From Alphaproteobacteria bacterium (GTDB lineage Bacteria; Pseudomonadota; Alphaproteobacteria; UBA828), in assembly GCA_963422645.2 (NCBI GenBank), contig CAXXVO010000002.1, positions 160,001 to 224,000 of the forward strand: a stretch of 64,000 bases of DNA. The letters run 5' to 3'. The position numbers were made by a program, and so were the translations under genes. The notes under the pieces are model-generated. The model was not told the DNA's origin, did not search any database, and saw nothing but the letters and a program-made list of their open reading frames with translations. Positions 9,698-21,026 of this stretch are shown here, in pieces. The first letter of the stretch is position 1; the number at the start of each line of letters is the position of its first letter.

Positions 9698-11185
9698 TCA
9701 CGCCTCCACGCCGTCGAAGAAGCGGTGCAGGGCTTCGCGCGGGCCCCTGGACGATACCTCTTCGAGCTGCCGTGCAAAGGCCTCCGTCCAGGGCTTGCTC
9801 CGGCCGAGGTCGCCAAAGATTTCCGAGAGGCCGAGGAAGGCCATGGGGTCGTTCCGCGCAGCCCGCGCTGCAGAGGTCAATTGATCGCTCCTCAAGTCCT
9901 GGAGCTCGATCCCGGAGTCGGCAGCGGTGGCGCAAAAGCGGCTCCAGAACGCGATCTCAAGCGCCAGCCCTTCGATCGGCGCCCCACACTCGAGGGCATC
10001 CGAGACCGTGGGCAGCACGAACTTCGGCAGCCGGTTCGAGGCATCCTGGCAGAGCCGTGCGACGGTGTCACCGAGCGCAGGGTTCGAGAAGCGCCGGGCA
10101 CAGGTCGTCAGGTAGTCATCGAAGTCGAGGCCGGGAATCGGCGTGAGCACCGGAATGACCTCGCGGCGCATCAACTGCACCATCCAGCGGGCGATGTCCG
10201 CGTCGTCCATGGCGTCGTGAACCGTCTCGTAGCCCAGCAGGGCCGACGGATAGGCGATTGCCGTGTGACTCGCGTTGAGAATGCGGAGCTTCATGGTCTC
10301 GTAGGGCGTCACGTCGTCGACGAATTGCACGCCGACATGCTCCAGCGCCGGGCGGCCCTGGGGAAAGTTGTCCTCGATCACCCACTGCCTGAAGGGCTCG
10401 CAGACGACGGGAGAAGCATCGTCCAGGCCGAAGCGCTCCGCCACCAGCTCGCGCTCGCGTTCCGACGTGGCCGGCGTGATGCAATCGACCATGGAGTTGG
10501 GAAAGGCGACGGTATCGGCAATCCAGTCGTGCAGCTCCCGCGAGACCAGGCCTGCGAGGCCGAGCACGGTCCGGCGGGTGACATCGCCGTTGTGCGGAAC
10601 GTTGTCGCAGGAGAGCACGGTGAAGGGCGCTATCGCTCGTGCCCGGCGCTCTTCGAGAGCCGCGAGCAGTACGCCGAACACGGTCTGCGGATCGCCGGGA
10701 TGCTGGGCGTCATGGCGGATTTCCGGGTGTCCGGCATCGAAACCGCCGGTCGTCGCGTCGATGAAGTATCCGCCCTCGGTAATTGTCAGCGAGACGATGC
10801 GGATCGCCGGGTCGGCAAGGCGGGCGACGATCGCCTCTGCGCGCACTTCGCAGAAATCGACCATCGAGCCGACGACCCGCGCCGAGGACCCCTCCGCGCT
10901 CAGGTCGACCACCGTCGTCAGCCAGTCCTGCGCGGCCAGCCGGCGCCTTTGCGCGGCGTCGAAGGACCTGATCCCGGCACCGACAACCGCCCAGTCGAGA
11001 TCGCGGCCCTGCTCGAAGAGCCTGTCCAGGTAGAGCATCTGGTGGGAACGATGGAAGTTGCCGACGCCGATGTGGAGGATGCCCGGGCTCAGCGAAGAGC
11101 GCGCGTAGCGCGGGCCGGCGACGTGACCCGGCATCCGGTCGAGATTGGCGAGGGAGAGTTTCACGGGGTTGACCGGTCGATTCAT
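9698..11185 (-). CDS. mtlK: Mannitol 2-dehydrogenase family protein
   Basis: HIGVGNFHRSHQ, LTITEGGY, SCDN, FPNSMVD, KLRILNASH. Confidence 0.88.
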   Translation of the reverse strand: MNRPVNPVKLSLANLDRMPGHVAGPRYARSSLSPGILHIGVGNFHRSHQMLYLDRLFEQGRDLDWAVVGAGIRSFDAAQRRRLAAQDWLTTVVDLSAEGSSARVVGSMVDFCEVRAEAIVARLADPAIRIVSLTITEGGYFIDATTGGFDAGHPEIRHDAQHPGDPQTVFGVLLAALEERRARAIAPFTVLSCDNVPHNGDVTRRTVLGLAGLVSRELHDWIADTVAFPNSMVDCITPATSERERELVAERFGLDDASPVVCEPFRQWVIEDNFPQGRPALEHVGVQFVDDVTPYETMKLRILNASHTAIAYPSALLGYETVHDAMDDADIARWMVQLMRREVIPVLTPIPGLDFDDYLTTCARRFSNPALGDTVARLCQDASNRLPKFVLPTVSDALECGAPIEGLALEIAFWSRFCATAADSGIELQDLRSDQLTSAARAARNDPMAFLGLSEIFGDLGRSKPWTEAFARQLEEVSSRGPREALHRFFDGVEA

Positions 11186-11229
11186 TCTTATTGTCCGCGA
11201 CGCTGAGTGTGAGTGACGCGGCACGCCGC

Positions 11230-11471
11230 GCACCAGAAGATGAGTGAGGCCCTTCCGCTCAGGCCCTGCGGCTTGAACGGCCTCGTCTTGGCGACCCGTC
11301 GGCGAGGCGCCGGGAGGGCCCACGTCGTTCATCAGTTCGAGGTAAACGTTTAGCCTGTCTGACCACGCCCAGCTTTTGGGCGATCTCGTCCTGGGTGTTG
11401 CCCGCGACGTAGTAAAGCCATCCGGCCCGGGCCGCGTCGTCCAGACGGTTGCCGCCCTTGGTCCTGGCCAT
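11230..11471 (-). pseudogene. Remnant of a SorC/DeoR sugar-binding transcriptional regulator
   Basis: LDDAARAGWLYYVAGNTQDEIAQKLG N-terminal HTH, after which the frame degenerates. Confidence 0.75.
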
Positions 11472-11608
11472 GCTCGCCCTGTCACGCCTTCAGTTCAGGC
11501 GCCAATACGTAAAACCGCGCCCATATCAGGATCTGGGTGGAGAAATACGAGGCCGGCACCTTCAACGAAACGGCCTACAACGGGTCGCAGGTTTGCGCCG
11601 CAAGATTG

Positions 11609-12604
11609 TTACACGGGTGTGAATTGAATCTTCAGGCTTCCGGCTGGTGCGCCTTCGGCAAAGACCCGGGCGACCTCCTCGAGCGAAAGTTTGTGGGATA
11701 TTAGCCGATCCGCTTCGCCTCCGAATGCGCGCAACGCTGCAAGGGCGTCGGGGATGTTGTGGTTGAGCGAGTGCGATCCGACAATCGTGATCTGCCGACG
11801 GAAGAGCTCGAAAGGGCTTAGCTCAATCCTGGCGTCGGAGGGGCAGACGCCAAATAAGAGTCCCGTGCCGCCATCGGCAATGTAGCGAATGAGGCCGCCG
11901 GCAACTTCGGGCACACCTGTCGCATCAATCACCAGATCGGCCTCGCGCTCCCAGGACGGCAGTTCCGGGCTGCCATTGCCGAAGGCGTGGAATCCGAACT
12001 CCTTTGCGAACTCCACACGAGCCTCGTCGATTTCCACAAAGGTGACGTCCGGGACGCCGCTGATTCTCAAACCGACGCCTAGCAACAGCCCCATGGAACC
12101 TGCACCGAAGATCAGTGCGTTTCGGGCTTGATCTGCCTGCGCGGCACCCAGTCCGTTGAGCGCGCAGCCGAGCGGTTCGGCCAGCGCGGCGATGGCATAG
12201 GGCATGGTGCCGATGGGATGTACGGCTGAGGTATGCACGAGGCTTCGCTCGGCTAATCCCCCGTTCCGTGTGACCCCATAGGCGCCAAGCGCCTCACAGA
12301 GATGCGCCCAGCCCCTCCGACAGGCGCGGCAGGTGCCGCATTCGACATTCGGGTCGACCACCACGCGGTCGACCACTTGCAGGCCCTCGACCTCCGGACC
12401 CAGCCCAACGACGGCGCCGGCATATTCATGCCCGGGAACGACCGGAAACGCCGACGTACCATAGTTGCCGTGCATAACCTCGATATCTGTGTGACAGATT
12501 CCGCTTGCACGAACTTCGACGACAACTTCGCCGGGGCCGGGGCGCGGCTCCGGGAGAGCGGTGGCTTCCACCGCGTTTCGGGACGGAATTACGATTGCCC
12601 GCAT
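11609..12604 (-). CDS. Zn-dependent polyol dehydrogenase (MDR family)
   Basis: GICHTD, GHE, CGTCRACRRGWAHLC structural Zn site, GAGSMG. Confidence 0.9.
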   Translation of the reverse strand: MRAIVIPSRNAVEATALPEPRPGPGEVVVEVRASGICHTDIEVMHGNYGTSAFPVVPGHEYAGAVVGLGPEVEGLQVVDRVVVDPNVECGTCRACRRGWAHLCEALGAYGVTRNGGLAERSLVHTSAVHPIGTMPYAIAALAEPLGCALNGLGAAQADQARNALIFGAGSMGLLLGVGLRISGVPDVTFVEIDEARVEFAKEFGFHAFGNGSPELPSWEREADLVIDATGVPEVAGGLIRYIADGGTGLLFGVCPSDARIELSPFELFRRQITIVGSHSLNHNIPDALAALRAFGGEADRLISHKLSLEEVARVFAEGAPAGSLKIQFTPV

Positions 12605-12611
12605 GGCCGGA

Positions 12612-12923
12612 TTACCCTCCTAGATAGGCGCGCATGGCACCGAAGGCAGTGCGCGGCGTGTTCGGGTTTACAACATCGTGCAGGATGGCCGGGTAGACTG
12701 CGACGAAGCCCTGGGTCGCGGGTGCCACGTCGTATTCTCCCCCGGTGACGGTGAGGGCCATGATCCGGATTGCCGGATCGGCCATCTGTTCGATCAGCGC
12801 TGCATTTTGTGCTTCGACCGGGACCTGGTCAATTGTTAGACCGACGATTGGAGTAGGCCCCTGGGGTCGGACAGACAGCTGACGGCGCATGCGCTTGGAC
12901 AGCTTCACTGGCATCGCTGTCAA
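12612..12923 (-). pseudogene. Internally deleted second mannitol dehydrogenase
   Basis: PVKLS start and MADPAIRIMALTVTGG...PRTAFG match segments of the intact gene (LADPAIRIVSLTITEGG...PQTVFG). Confidence 0.75.
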
Positions 12924-13690
12924 CTCATGTAGTTTCCGCCATCGACGTTAAGCGTTTGCGCGGTGATGTAGCGCGCGTCGTTGGAGGCGAGAAAGACGCA
13001 AGGATCTGCGACATCCGCGGGTACGCCCATCCGGCCGAGCGGCACGGCCTCGCCCACTTCCCGTTTCTTCTGACCTATGGGCTTGCGTTCGAAGGCCGCG
13101 AATTGTGCGTCGACCACGTCCCACATCGGCGTGTCGATCACACCCGGCGCTACGGCGTTGACGCGGATATTGTCCCTTGCGAACTCCAGCGCCAGCGACT
13201 GGGTAATGGAGATCACGGCCGCCTTGGTCGAACAATAGATCGTGACGTTCGCCTCGCCTCGCCTTCCCGCCTGGCTCGCGAAGTTTATGATCGCGCCCCC
13301 GCCGCGTTCTCTCATTCCCGGCGCCACTGCCTGGCTCGCGAAGATCGTGCCGCCGACGTTTACGTCGAACTGGCGGCGGTAGTCCTCCAGTGTCACCAGG
13401 CCGATCGGAGCCATCTTGAAAATGCCGGCGTTGTTGACGAGGATGTCGATCCCGCCCCAATGCTCTTCCGCCGCCTTGACGCCCCTGCGGATGGCATCGA
13501 GATCGGTCACATCCATGGCAACCGCCATGCCGTTGTCGCCGAGCGCGTCTGCCGTCTGAACCGCTTCTGCTTCCAGAAGATCCGCGACCACAACCCTGGC
13601 ACCTTCGTCGGCGTAGGCTTCGCAGACCGCACGCCCGATACCGCGGGCGCCACCGGTTACGAGGGCGACCTTTCCTTCAAGCCGTTTCAT
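12920..13690 (-). CDS. smoS: Sorbitol/galactitol (L-iditol) 2-dehydrogenase, SDR
   Basis: [26 protein letters not shown]; position in smo-type operon. Confidence 0.85.
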   Translation of the reverse strand: MKRLEGKVALVTGGARGIGRAVCEAYADEGARVVVADLLEAEAVQTADALGDNGMAVAMDVTDLDAIRRGVKAAEEHWGGIDILVNNAGIFKMAPIGLVTLEDYRRQFDVNVGGTIFASQAVAPGMRERGGGAIINFASQAGRRGEANVTIYCSTKAAVISITQSLALEFARDNIRVNAVAPGVIDTPMWDVVDAQFAAFERKPIGQKKREVGEAVPLGRMGVPADVADPCVFLASNDARYITAQTLNVDGGNYMS

Positions 13691-14691
13691 GAGATGCGTA
13701 GGCCCCTTTCGTCGAAGCGATGCAGGTGGTCCAGGTTCGGAGTGAGATGAATGGTATCACCGTAGTGCAGGTCGATTTCCCCGCCTGCGCGGACGGTCAA
13801 CGGTTGCGATAGGTCCTTCACGACGACGTGGAAGAATGTATCGCTGCCCAGATGCTCGGACACGCCGACCGTGCCGGTCCACGTGCCGCTGTTGCTGGTG
13901 ACGTCGACATGCTCTGGCCGGATGCCCACGGTGTGAGCATCATGCCTGGCGGCCTCGGGTCCCTCGATGAAGTTCATCTTGGGGCTGCCGATGAAGCCCG
14001 CAACAAAGGTGTTCTGCGGACTTCGATAGAGTTCGAGGGGAGTTCCCACCTGTTCGATTACGCCCAGCTGCAGCACGACGATTTTGTCAGCCATGGTCAT
14101 GGCTTCGACCTGGTCGTGTGTGACGTACACCATGGTCGTCTTGAGCCGCGCGTGAAGTTCGCTGATTTCGAGCCGCATGCCCACGCGGAGCGCCGCATCC
14201 AGGTTCGACAGCGGTTCGTCGAAGAGAAAGGCTGCCGGCTCCCGCACGATGGCGCGGCCAATGGCGACGCGCTGGCGCTGGCCGCCGGAAAGCTGGCGCG
14301 GGCGCCTGTCGAGAAACTCGGTGAGATTGAGCACGCGCGCCGCCTCCTGGACGAGGCGCTCCTGCTGGTCCTTCGGGACGCCTGCCATTTTCATCGGGAA
14401 GGCGATGTTCTTGCGGACCGACATGTGCGGATAAAGTGCGTAGGACTGGAACACCATTGCCAGGCCGCGCTTTGCAGGCGGTATGGCGGTTGCGTCGCTG
14501 CCATCGATGACTATTGACCCGGAGGTCACGTCCTCGAGGCCCGCGATCAACCGCAGCAGGGTGGACTTCCCGCAACCCGAAGGTCCGACGAACACCACGA
14601 ATTCGCCGTCGTCGACGTCGAGATCCAGCGGCGGGATAACCTCGACGTTGCCGAAGGACTTGCTGACCTGCTTCAGCTGTATGCGTCCCAT
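13687..14691 (-). CDS. smoK: Polyol ABC transporter ATP-binding protein
   Basis: [24 protein letters not shown]. Confidence 0.9.
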   Translation of the reverse strand: MGRIQLKQVSKSFGNVEVIPPLDLDVDDGEFVVFVGPSGCGKSTLLRLIAGLEDVTSGSIVIDGSDATAIPPAKRGLAMVFQSYALYPHMSVRKNIAFPMKMAGVPKDQQERLVQEAARVLNLTEFLDRRPRQLSGGQRQRVAIGRAIVREPAAFLFDEPLSNLDAALRVGMRLEISELHARLKTTMVYVTHDQVEAMTMADKIVVLQLGVIEQVGTPLELYRSPQNTFVAGFIGSPKMNFIEGPEAARHDAHTVGIRPEHVDVTSNSGTWTGTVGVSEHLGSDTFFHVVVKDLSQPLTVRAGGEIDLHYGDTIHLTPNLDHLHRFDERGLRIS

Positions 14692-14701
14692 CGCCCCTTC
14701 C

Positions 14702-15535
14702 TCACTTTACCGCACCGAAGGTCAAGCCGCGCACGAGTTGCTTCTGGCTGAACCAGCCCAGAACGAGAATTGGCGCAATTGCCATCACGCTGGCAGCACT
14801 CAGCTTGGCATAGAACAGGCCCTCGGGGCTCGAATAGCTGGCGATGAATGCCGTGAGCGGGGCGGCCTTGGCCGATGTCAGGTTCAGGGTCCAGAATGCT
14901 TCGTTCCAGGCAAGGATGATGTTCAGAAGCACCGTTGAAGCTATTCCCGGGACGGCCATTGGCGTGAGGACATGGACGATCTCCTTGCGCGGGGATGCCC
15001 CGTCCATTCTGGCCGCTTCGAGAATTTCGCCCGGTATCTCGCGGAAATACGTGAAGAGCATCCAGATTATGATCGGAAGGTTAATCATCATTAACACGAA
15101 GACCAGTCCGATCCGGCTGTCCAGGATTCCCAGATCGCGGAAGATGAGATAGATCGGAACCAGCACGCCCACCGGCGGCAGCATCTTGGTCGACAGCATC
15201 CACATCAGAACGTGCTTGGTGCGCTTCGTGGGGACGAATGCCATCGACCAGGCCGCAGGGATCGCGATCAGAAGACCGAGCAGGGTCGATCCGAACGCAA
15301 TGATGACGGAGTTCGAAAAGTGTTTCGGATAGTCGGATCGTGCCTGTACGGCGCCGTAGCTCTCGGCGGTCCAGCCAGTGTTGAACAGCACCTCCAGCGG
15401 GGCCTTGATTGCATCGCCTTCTGACTTGAACGACAGGATCACGATCCAGAGCACCGGGAAGAACATCAGCAAGCCAAGCGTGCCGGCGACCAGTGTGGTG
15501 ATGGTCTTGCGGGATGTCGTGACGGAGCGTGCCAT
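14702..15535 (-). CDS. smoG: Polyol ABC transporter permease
   Basis: EAARMDGA loop, multiple TM segments. Confidence 0.88.
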   Translation of the reverse strand: MARSVTTSRKTITTLVAGTLGLLMFFPVLWIVILSFKSEGDAIKAPLEVLFNTGWTAESYGAVQARSDYPKHFSNSVIIAFGSTLLGLLIAIPAAWSMAFVPTKRTKHVLMWMLSTKMLPPVGVLVPIYLIFRDLGILDSRIGLVFVLMMINLPIIIWMLFTYFREIPGEILEAARMDGASPRKEIVHVLTPMAVPGIASTVLLNIILAWNEAFWTLNLTSAKAAPLTAFIASYSSPEGLFYAKLSAASVMAIAPILVLGWFSQKQLVRGLTFGAVK

Positions 15536-15545
15536 GGTGTCCTCT

Positions 15546-16418
15546 TCACGCGTCCAGGTTCTTGCCGATCATGCGCATCAGGAAGATCGCGACGATATTG
15601 GCGAGGATGATGGCAATCACGCCGCCGGCGCTGCCCATACCGACGTCGAACTGCAGCAGTGACGAGACATAGATCAGGTAGGTCAGGTTGGTCGTCGCCG
15701 TGCCAGGGCCGCCGTTGGTCGTCACGAGGATCTCGGCAAAGATCGACAAAAGGAAGATCGTCTGGATCAGGATGACCACCGTGATTGCCCGAGCCAGGTG
15801 CGGCAGCATGATGTAGATGAACCTCGAGAACCACGCGGCACCGTCCATCTCGGCGGCTTCGAGCTGATCCTGGTCAAGCGATTGCAGGGCGGTCAGCAGG
15901 ATCAGCGTGGCGAATGGCAGCCACTGCCAGGATACGATGAAGATGATCGACAGGAGCGGAATCTCACCGAAGAACGAGAGCGGCTCCATGCCCAAGCCCT
16001 GCGCAAGATGCCCGAAGATCCCGTTGACCGGGTTCATGAACATGTTCTTCCAGACCAGGCCGGACACCGTGGGCATGACGAAGAAGGGCGCGATGACCAA
16101 GATCCGAATAACACCCTGGCCCCACATCGGCTGATTGAGCAGGAGGGCCATCATCGTTCCGCCGATCACGGTAATCAGCAGCACGCCGCCGACCAACAAG
16201 AGCGTGTTGATCATTGCCGCCTTGAAGCTCGGGTCGGTCACAAACCAATAATAGTTTTCCCATCCGATAAAGGGATTGGTTCCTGGCGTGATCAGGTTGT
16301 AGCGGAGAAAGGAGAAATAGAGGGTCAGGCCCAGCGGAACCAGCATCCATCCCAGCAGCAGCACGACGGCAGGCGAAATCATCAGCCTGGCATCGGCGCG
16401 GGAAGCTTTGGTTGCCAT
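15546..16418 (-). CDS. smoF: Polyol ABC transporter permease
   Basis: EAAEMDGA loop, TM segments, GGAGG RBS. Confidence 0.88.
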   Translation of the reverse strand: MATKASRADARLMISPAVVLLLGWMLVPLGLTLYFSFLRYNLITPGTNPFIGWENYYWFVTDPSFKAAMINTLLLVGGVLLITVIGGTMMALLLNQPMWGQGVIRILVIAPFFVMPTVSGLVWKNMFMNPVNGIFGHLAQGLGMEPLSFFGEIPLLSIIFIVSWQWLPFATLILLTALQSLDQDQLEAAEMDGAAWFSRFIYIMLPHLARAITVVILIQTIFLLSIFAEILVTTNGGPGTATTNLTYLIYVSSLLQFDVGMGSAGGVIAIILANIVAIFLMRMIGKNLDA

Positions 16419-16551
16419 GCGGACCTCCCCGAAACTCGACTGCATAACGCGTCAAAGCGGCAAGGACCAGTTCGCAGTCCTTGCCGCAGCACTCACACAA
16501 CCGAAAAAGATACGTGCCGGTCCGTCCGGACCGGCACGTGTAGGGAGGCGG

Positions 16552-17865
16552 CTACTCGATGTAACCGGCCTTGGTCATTTCGCGGACTGCAAACTGCTGG
16601 CCGTTGGCCAGGGCCTCGTCGACAGACTGCTGGCCCGCGAGCGCAGCCGCGACTTGCTGTCCGACATAGTTGCCGATGCCCTGGAATTCCGGGATCGCGA
16701 CAAACTGTACGCCGGTATAGGGCACCGGGTCCCTGGTTGCATCGGCCGGGTTGGCCGCGAGAATCGAGTTCAGCACGGTCTCGGCAAAGGGCGCGGCCTC
16801 GATGTATGCCGGGTTGGCGTAAGTCGAGGCACGGGTGCCCGGAGGCGCCGCAACCCAGCCCTTGGTCTCGCCGACGAGCGTCACGTATTCCTGGCTCGTC
16901 GACCAGGCGAGGAACGCCTTGGCCGCATCGACCTGCTTCGAGCTTGCCGGGATCGCCAGCGCCCAGGCCCAGAACCAGCCTGTGCCCTTGTCGGTCACCT
17001 GCTTCGGTGCCTGGAAGAAACCGGTCGTGTCGGAGACAGACGATTCAGCCGGATTGTAGATGTAGCCGGCAGCCGAGGTTGCGTCGACCCAGGTGGCGCA
17101 CTTGCCGTCGGCAAAGAGCGCACGGTTTTCGTTGTGACCGTTGGATTCCGCACCCGGAGGACCGTAGTTGTGCATCAGGTCCACATAGTAGGTGAGCGCA
17201 GCCTTCCACTCGGGGCTGTCGATCGTCGGGTTCCATTCCATGTCGAACCAACGCCCGCCGAAGGCGTTCACCAGCGGACCGACAAAGGCCATGTTCTCGC
17301 CCCAGCCGGCCTTGCCGCGCTGGCAGGTCCCGAAGACACCGTTGTCCGGATCATGCACCTTGGCCACGATCTCGGTCAACTCGTCGTAGGTGATCTGCTC
17401 GCTGGGGGCCTCGATGCCGGCCTGCTCGAACAGGTCCGTGCGATAGAAGGTAAACGAGCTTTCCGCATAGAAGGGGACCGCGTAGAGCTTGCCGTTGGCC
17501 GAAAGCCCATTGCGGACAGGCTCGAAGATGTCGTCATAATTGTATGCGTCGCCCAGGTCGTCGAGTGGCTCCAGCCAGTCCTGCGCACCCCAGATCGGAG
17601 CCTCATAGGCACCGATGGTGATGACGTCGAACGACCCGCCGCCGGTCGCAATGTCGGTCGTGACGCGCTGGCGCAGCACGTTTTCCTCGAGCACGACCCA
17701 GTTCAGCGTGTGTCCGCTGGCCTCTTCGAACTGCGATGACAACTCCTGCATGATGATCATGTCCGAGTTGTTCACCGTGGCAATCGTCAACTCAGCCGCG
17801 CTCGCAGCTGTGGTGGCCGCCACCAGAGCAGTCGCGCCAACCAATGCGCTTGCAAGTTTCATCAC
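16552..17865 (-). CDS. smoE: Polyol ABC transporter substrate-binding protein
   Basis: Signal peptide, LTIATVNN, WVVLEENVLRQRVTTDIAT. Confidence 0.88.
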   Translation of the reverse strand: MMKLASALVGATALVAATTAASAAELTIATVNNSDMIIMQELSSQFEEASGHTLNWVVLEENVLRQRVTTDIATGGGSFDVITIGAYEAPIWGAQDWLEPLDDLGDAYNYDDIFEPVRNGLSANGKLYAVPFYAESSFTFYRTDLFEQAGIEAPSEQITYDELTEIVAKVHDPDNGVFGTCQRGKAGWGENMAFVGPLVNAFGGRWFDMEWNPTIDSPEWKAALTYYVDLMHNYGPPGAESNGHNENRALFADGKCATWVDATSAAGYIYNPAESSVSDTTGFFQAPKQVTDKGTGWFWAWALAIPASSKQVDAAKAFLAWSTSQEYVTLVGETKGWVAAPPGTRASTYANPAYIEAAPFAETVLNSILAANPADATRDPVPYTGVQFVAIPEFQGIGNYVGQQVAAALAGQQSVDEALANGQQFAVREMTKAGYIE

Positions 17866-17940
17866 AGGTTCCTCCCTGTTAGCTTCGTGGATGCAGCGGA
17901 GGCACCTAACGCCATCCTCAATGTCGAGTCAACCAAATAC

Positions 17941-17954
17941 TTTACGCACGGAAA
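17941..17954. promoter_or_regulatory. LacI-type operator upstream of smoE (related site at 19076-19089)
   Basis: TTTACGCACGGAAA near-palindrome; TTTACGCGCGGCAT upstream of the regulator and divergent kinase. Confidence 0.55.
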
Positions 17955-17976
17955 CTTTCGCGACGACATGGCTCGG

Positions 17977-19002
17977 TCAGGCCGACAATCTGAGCACCAG
18001 GCTGCCTTCGAAGAGCTCCTCCGGGCGCTCGCCGGCGGGCTCGGCACCGTCGATGAGTTCAAACAGGATCTCGACGCTGCGCTCGGCTATCGCCTTGTAA
18101 TCCTGGGAGACCGTCGTGAGGGGTGGACAGGTGAACTGCGACCAGGGATGATCGTCGTGCCCGGCGACCCGGAGCGCGCATCCCGGCCCATGCCCGACGC
18201 GTAGCCCTTTCTGGTAGGCCGCCGCGATCAGGCCGATTGCCAGACGGTCGTTGCTGCACAGCACCGTGTCCGTGGGAAGCGCGCGCTCCTCGATCAGGCG
18301 CATGCCTTCTTCATACCCGATTTGCTCGAACTCCCAGTCACCACCCGCCACCCGTATGACTCTGGGGTCGAGACCCAGGCGCTCCATGGCCTGGACATAG
18401 GCATCCCGGCGCTTGTTCGCGTTCGGGTTGACCGGCGGCATCTCGAGAAAGCAGGGCGGCTCTCCGGTGCGGCTGAGATATTGCACGATCAAGGGAATGC
18501 TTTGGAAGTTGTTCGTTCCCACGAAAGCCTTGCCCACCTCTAGGTTGCTGTCGAAGACGACCGTCGGCACCTCTTCAGTAAAACGTTGCACGCCCTCGAG
18601 ATCAGAGCTTCGCCCAAGCGGCGCGATCAGGGCACCAGCCGGGCGCAGTGACTGCAACGTGGCAAGCGCGTTGTTCTCCAGATTCTTCTGGCCGTGTGCG
18701 CTGAACACGATCGGCCAGTAGCCCGCACTCATGCACTGCCGCTCGATCAGGCGGACGATTTCGGCAAAGAAGGGATCCGCGAGATAAGGCACCAGGATTC
18801 CGATTGTCTTCGTAAGCTTCCGGTTCTGGTTGATTGCAAAGATGTTCGGCCGGTAATCGTACTTCACCAGGGCGCTCTCGATCCGGGCGCGAGTCGATTC
18901 CCGTACGCTCTCAGGATCGTGGAAGTACTTCGATATCGTCGGGCGCGAAATGCCGCTGACCTCGGCGAACTCCCCCATGTTCCTGATCTTCCTGACAGAC
19001 AT
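17977..19002 (-). CDS. LacI-family transcriptional regulator
   Basis: N-terminal HTH, YRPN hinge, VAGHDD, PPLTTV. Confidence 0.92.
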   Translation of the reverse strand: MSVRKIRNMGEFAEVSGISRPTISKYFHDPESVRESTRARIESALVKYDYRPNIFAINQNRKLTKTIGILVPYLADPFFAEIVRLIERQCMSAGYWPIVFSAHGQKNLENNALATLQSLRPAGALIAPLGRSSDLEGVQRFTEEVPTVVFDSNLEVGKAFVGTNNFQSIPLIVQYLSRTGEPPCFLEMPPVNPNANKRRDAYVQAMERLGLDPRVIRVAGGDWEFEQIGYEEGMRLIEERALPTDTVLCSNDRLAIGLIAAAYQKGLRVGHGPGCALRVAGHDDHPWSQFTCPPLTTVSQDYKAIAERSVEILFELIDGAEPAGERPEELFEGSLVLRLSA

Positions 19003-19235
19003 TCGTCCCCATCCCTGCTAGTGCCGCGAGGTTGCCGGATCACCGATACTGGAAGGGTTTCACTTATGGCAATTCTTTACGCGCGGCATTTTCTACATTG
19101 ACAGTAGTGCCTCGATTGGGCGACGGTCAACAAGATGTTGCAATTGCCGTGTCGCGCTTGTCAGGGACGGGCGCAAACCGTGGATCGGAATCCCGGGCTG
19201 CTCGTGTCCGGGGAGCGGGACCGGTCGGGGAATAG

Positions 19236-19306
19236 ATGAAGAAGGTTGTCGTAATCGGAGAAATCCTCGTCGAGATCATGGCCGACACGGCTGGCGATGG
19301 ATTCCT
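19236..19306 (+). pseudogene. 5' stub of a PfkB sugar kinase (tagatose-kinase-like), truncated by IS66
   Basis: MKKVVVIGEILVEIMADTAGDGF followed directly by the IS66 end. Confidence 0.7.
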
Positions 19307-20512
19307 GTAACTGCCCAGGTCGTCTGATTTGTCATTTTGGGCCAGTGGATTGAGGCGTTTCTCGTTCGGAGTTGGTGGAAAGGGCTTGACGGGAATTTCG
19401 GGAAATGACTCAACAACGACATGAGCAATCCCGAGTCGCCGCGCGGCCCTTCGACGGGAGCAGCGCCCGAAACGCCCGCGCAGAAGATCGCCCGCCTGGA
19501 GGAGGAGAACGCCCGGCTTCGGGAGGAAAATGCCTGGCTTCGGCAGCAGAACGCGCGGCTGGAAGAGCAAGTCGCGCGTCTCGTCGAGCGCATCGAGGAG
19601 TTGGAGCGCCGTCTCGGCCTCAACAGCGGCAACAGCGGCAAGCCGCCTTCGAGCGATGGGCTGAGGAAGCCGAATTCGAAGCGGCGAACCCGAAGCCTGC
19701 GCGGCAAATCGGGCCGCAAGCCCGGTGGCCAGCCCGGCCACAAGGGCAAGACGCTGCGCCGCGCCGATCACCCGGATCGGGTGAAGGATCACGTCCCGGC
19801 TTCCTGCAAGGGATGCGGTTCGCCGCTTTCGGACGCGGCCAGGGCGGGAACGCCCGTCGCCCGCCAGGTGTTCGATCTGCCCGAGCCGAGCCCCCTGGAG
19901 GTGACCGAGCACCGGGCGCATGCCAAGTGCTGCGGGCATTGCGGGACGGTGACCCGGGCGGCGTTCCCCGACGGGGTGTCGGCGCCGGTGCAGTACGGCC
20001 CGCGCATTGCCGGGGTGGCGGTCTACCTTCAGCACGCTCACTTCCTGCCGGAGGATCGGCTGTCGCAGGTGATGGCCGAGCTCTTCGGCGCGCCGGTGAC
20101 GGCTGCGACGTTGGCGACGATGAGCGAGAGGGCGGCCGAGCGGCTTGCGGGACGCGGCCTTGCACATACAGGACCTGGCGGCGGGCACGGCGCGGGTGAA
20201 ACACATGGACGAGACCGGCTTGCGGATCGGCGGTCAGACGCAGTGGCTTCATGTGATCTGCACGCCGCTGCTGGCGGCGTACCGGGTCAGCGGCAAGCGC
20301 GGCGCCCTGCTCTCGGGTGTCTCCGGCATCGTCGTGCACGATCACTGGAAGCCGTACTTCGCGATGGAAGGGGTGGAGCACGGCCTGTGCAACGCCCATC
20401 ACCTGCGGGAGTTGCAGGCGCTGGTGGACATCGAAGGGGAGGCTTGGGCCCGGCGGATGCAGCAGCTCCTGCGCCGAGCCAATCGCGCCGCCCGCATCGC
20501 GCTGGACAAGGA
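19307..20512 (+). mobile_element. IS66-family (tnpC-only) element, 5' part; transposase from 19421 is frameshifted near 20145 and truncated
   Basis: GTAACTGCCCAGG end; NSGNSGKPPSSD, GGQPGHKG, Zn finger, HMDETG. Confidence 0.9.
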
Positions 20513-20585
20513 TCAGACTTCCTGACCTCTGCTGATTTTAGGTGACACGAGCCGCGCGGATTCCGAGGCCCCGTCGATGTCGTAG
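20513..20585 (-). mobile_element. Orphan 73-bp right end of the TCAGA-ended IS
   Basis: Identical to the reverse complement of 40874-40946. Confidence 0.9.
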
Positions 20586-21026
20586 CTCAAGGTGGTCCAA
20601 GGTGGCTCAAGGTGGTCCGCAGCGGGCGGTTCATAGTGGCTCATGGCGAGCCAAGGCGGCGCCTCGCAGGGGTGTGGCGCTCCTGCCGCTCCGCCGGTTC
20701 TGCGTCCGCATGGTGAATTCCCTCTTCCCAATAGGCCTGGAGCGCGGCTTCTCCCTCCACCGCCGCCGTCCGCTCTCCCCAATAGCCTTCGACGGCGGCG
20801 CGGATGGCCGCAACAAGTGCGGCCATGACGTCATGGTGGTGGCTTCGCTTGCCGCCCACGCAGACTGCTCCCATGCCTCGCCCGACACTGAACCGAGGCC
20901 CACGGTGGAAGGGCGCGGCGCTTCTGAGGCCAGGAAGCACCTACCCCGGCTGCTCCACCTTGCGCTTGACCGGCAACCGGGGCGGGCGTAACCCGTTGTC
21001 AGCAAACGGCGAGGCTCGGGAGCATC

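Noticed and set aside
20631-20991. Small ORFs upstream of 21027
   Set aside because: No recognisable motif or clear RBS; left unannotated
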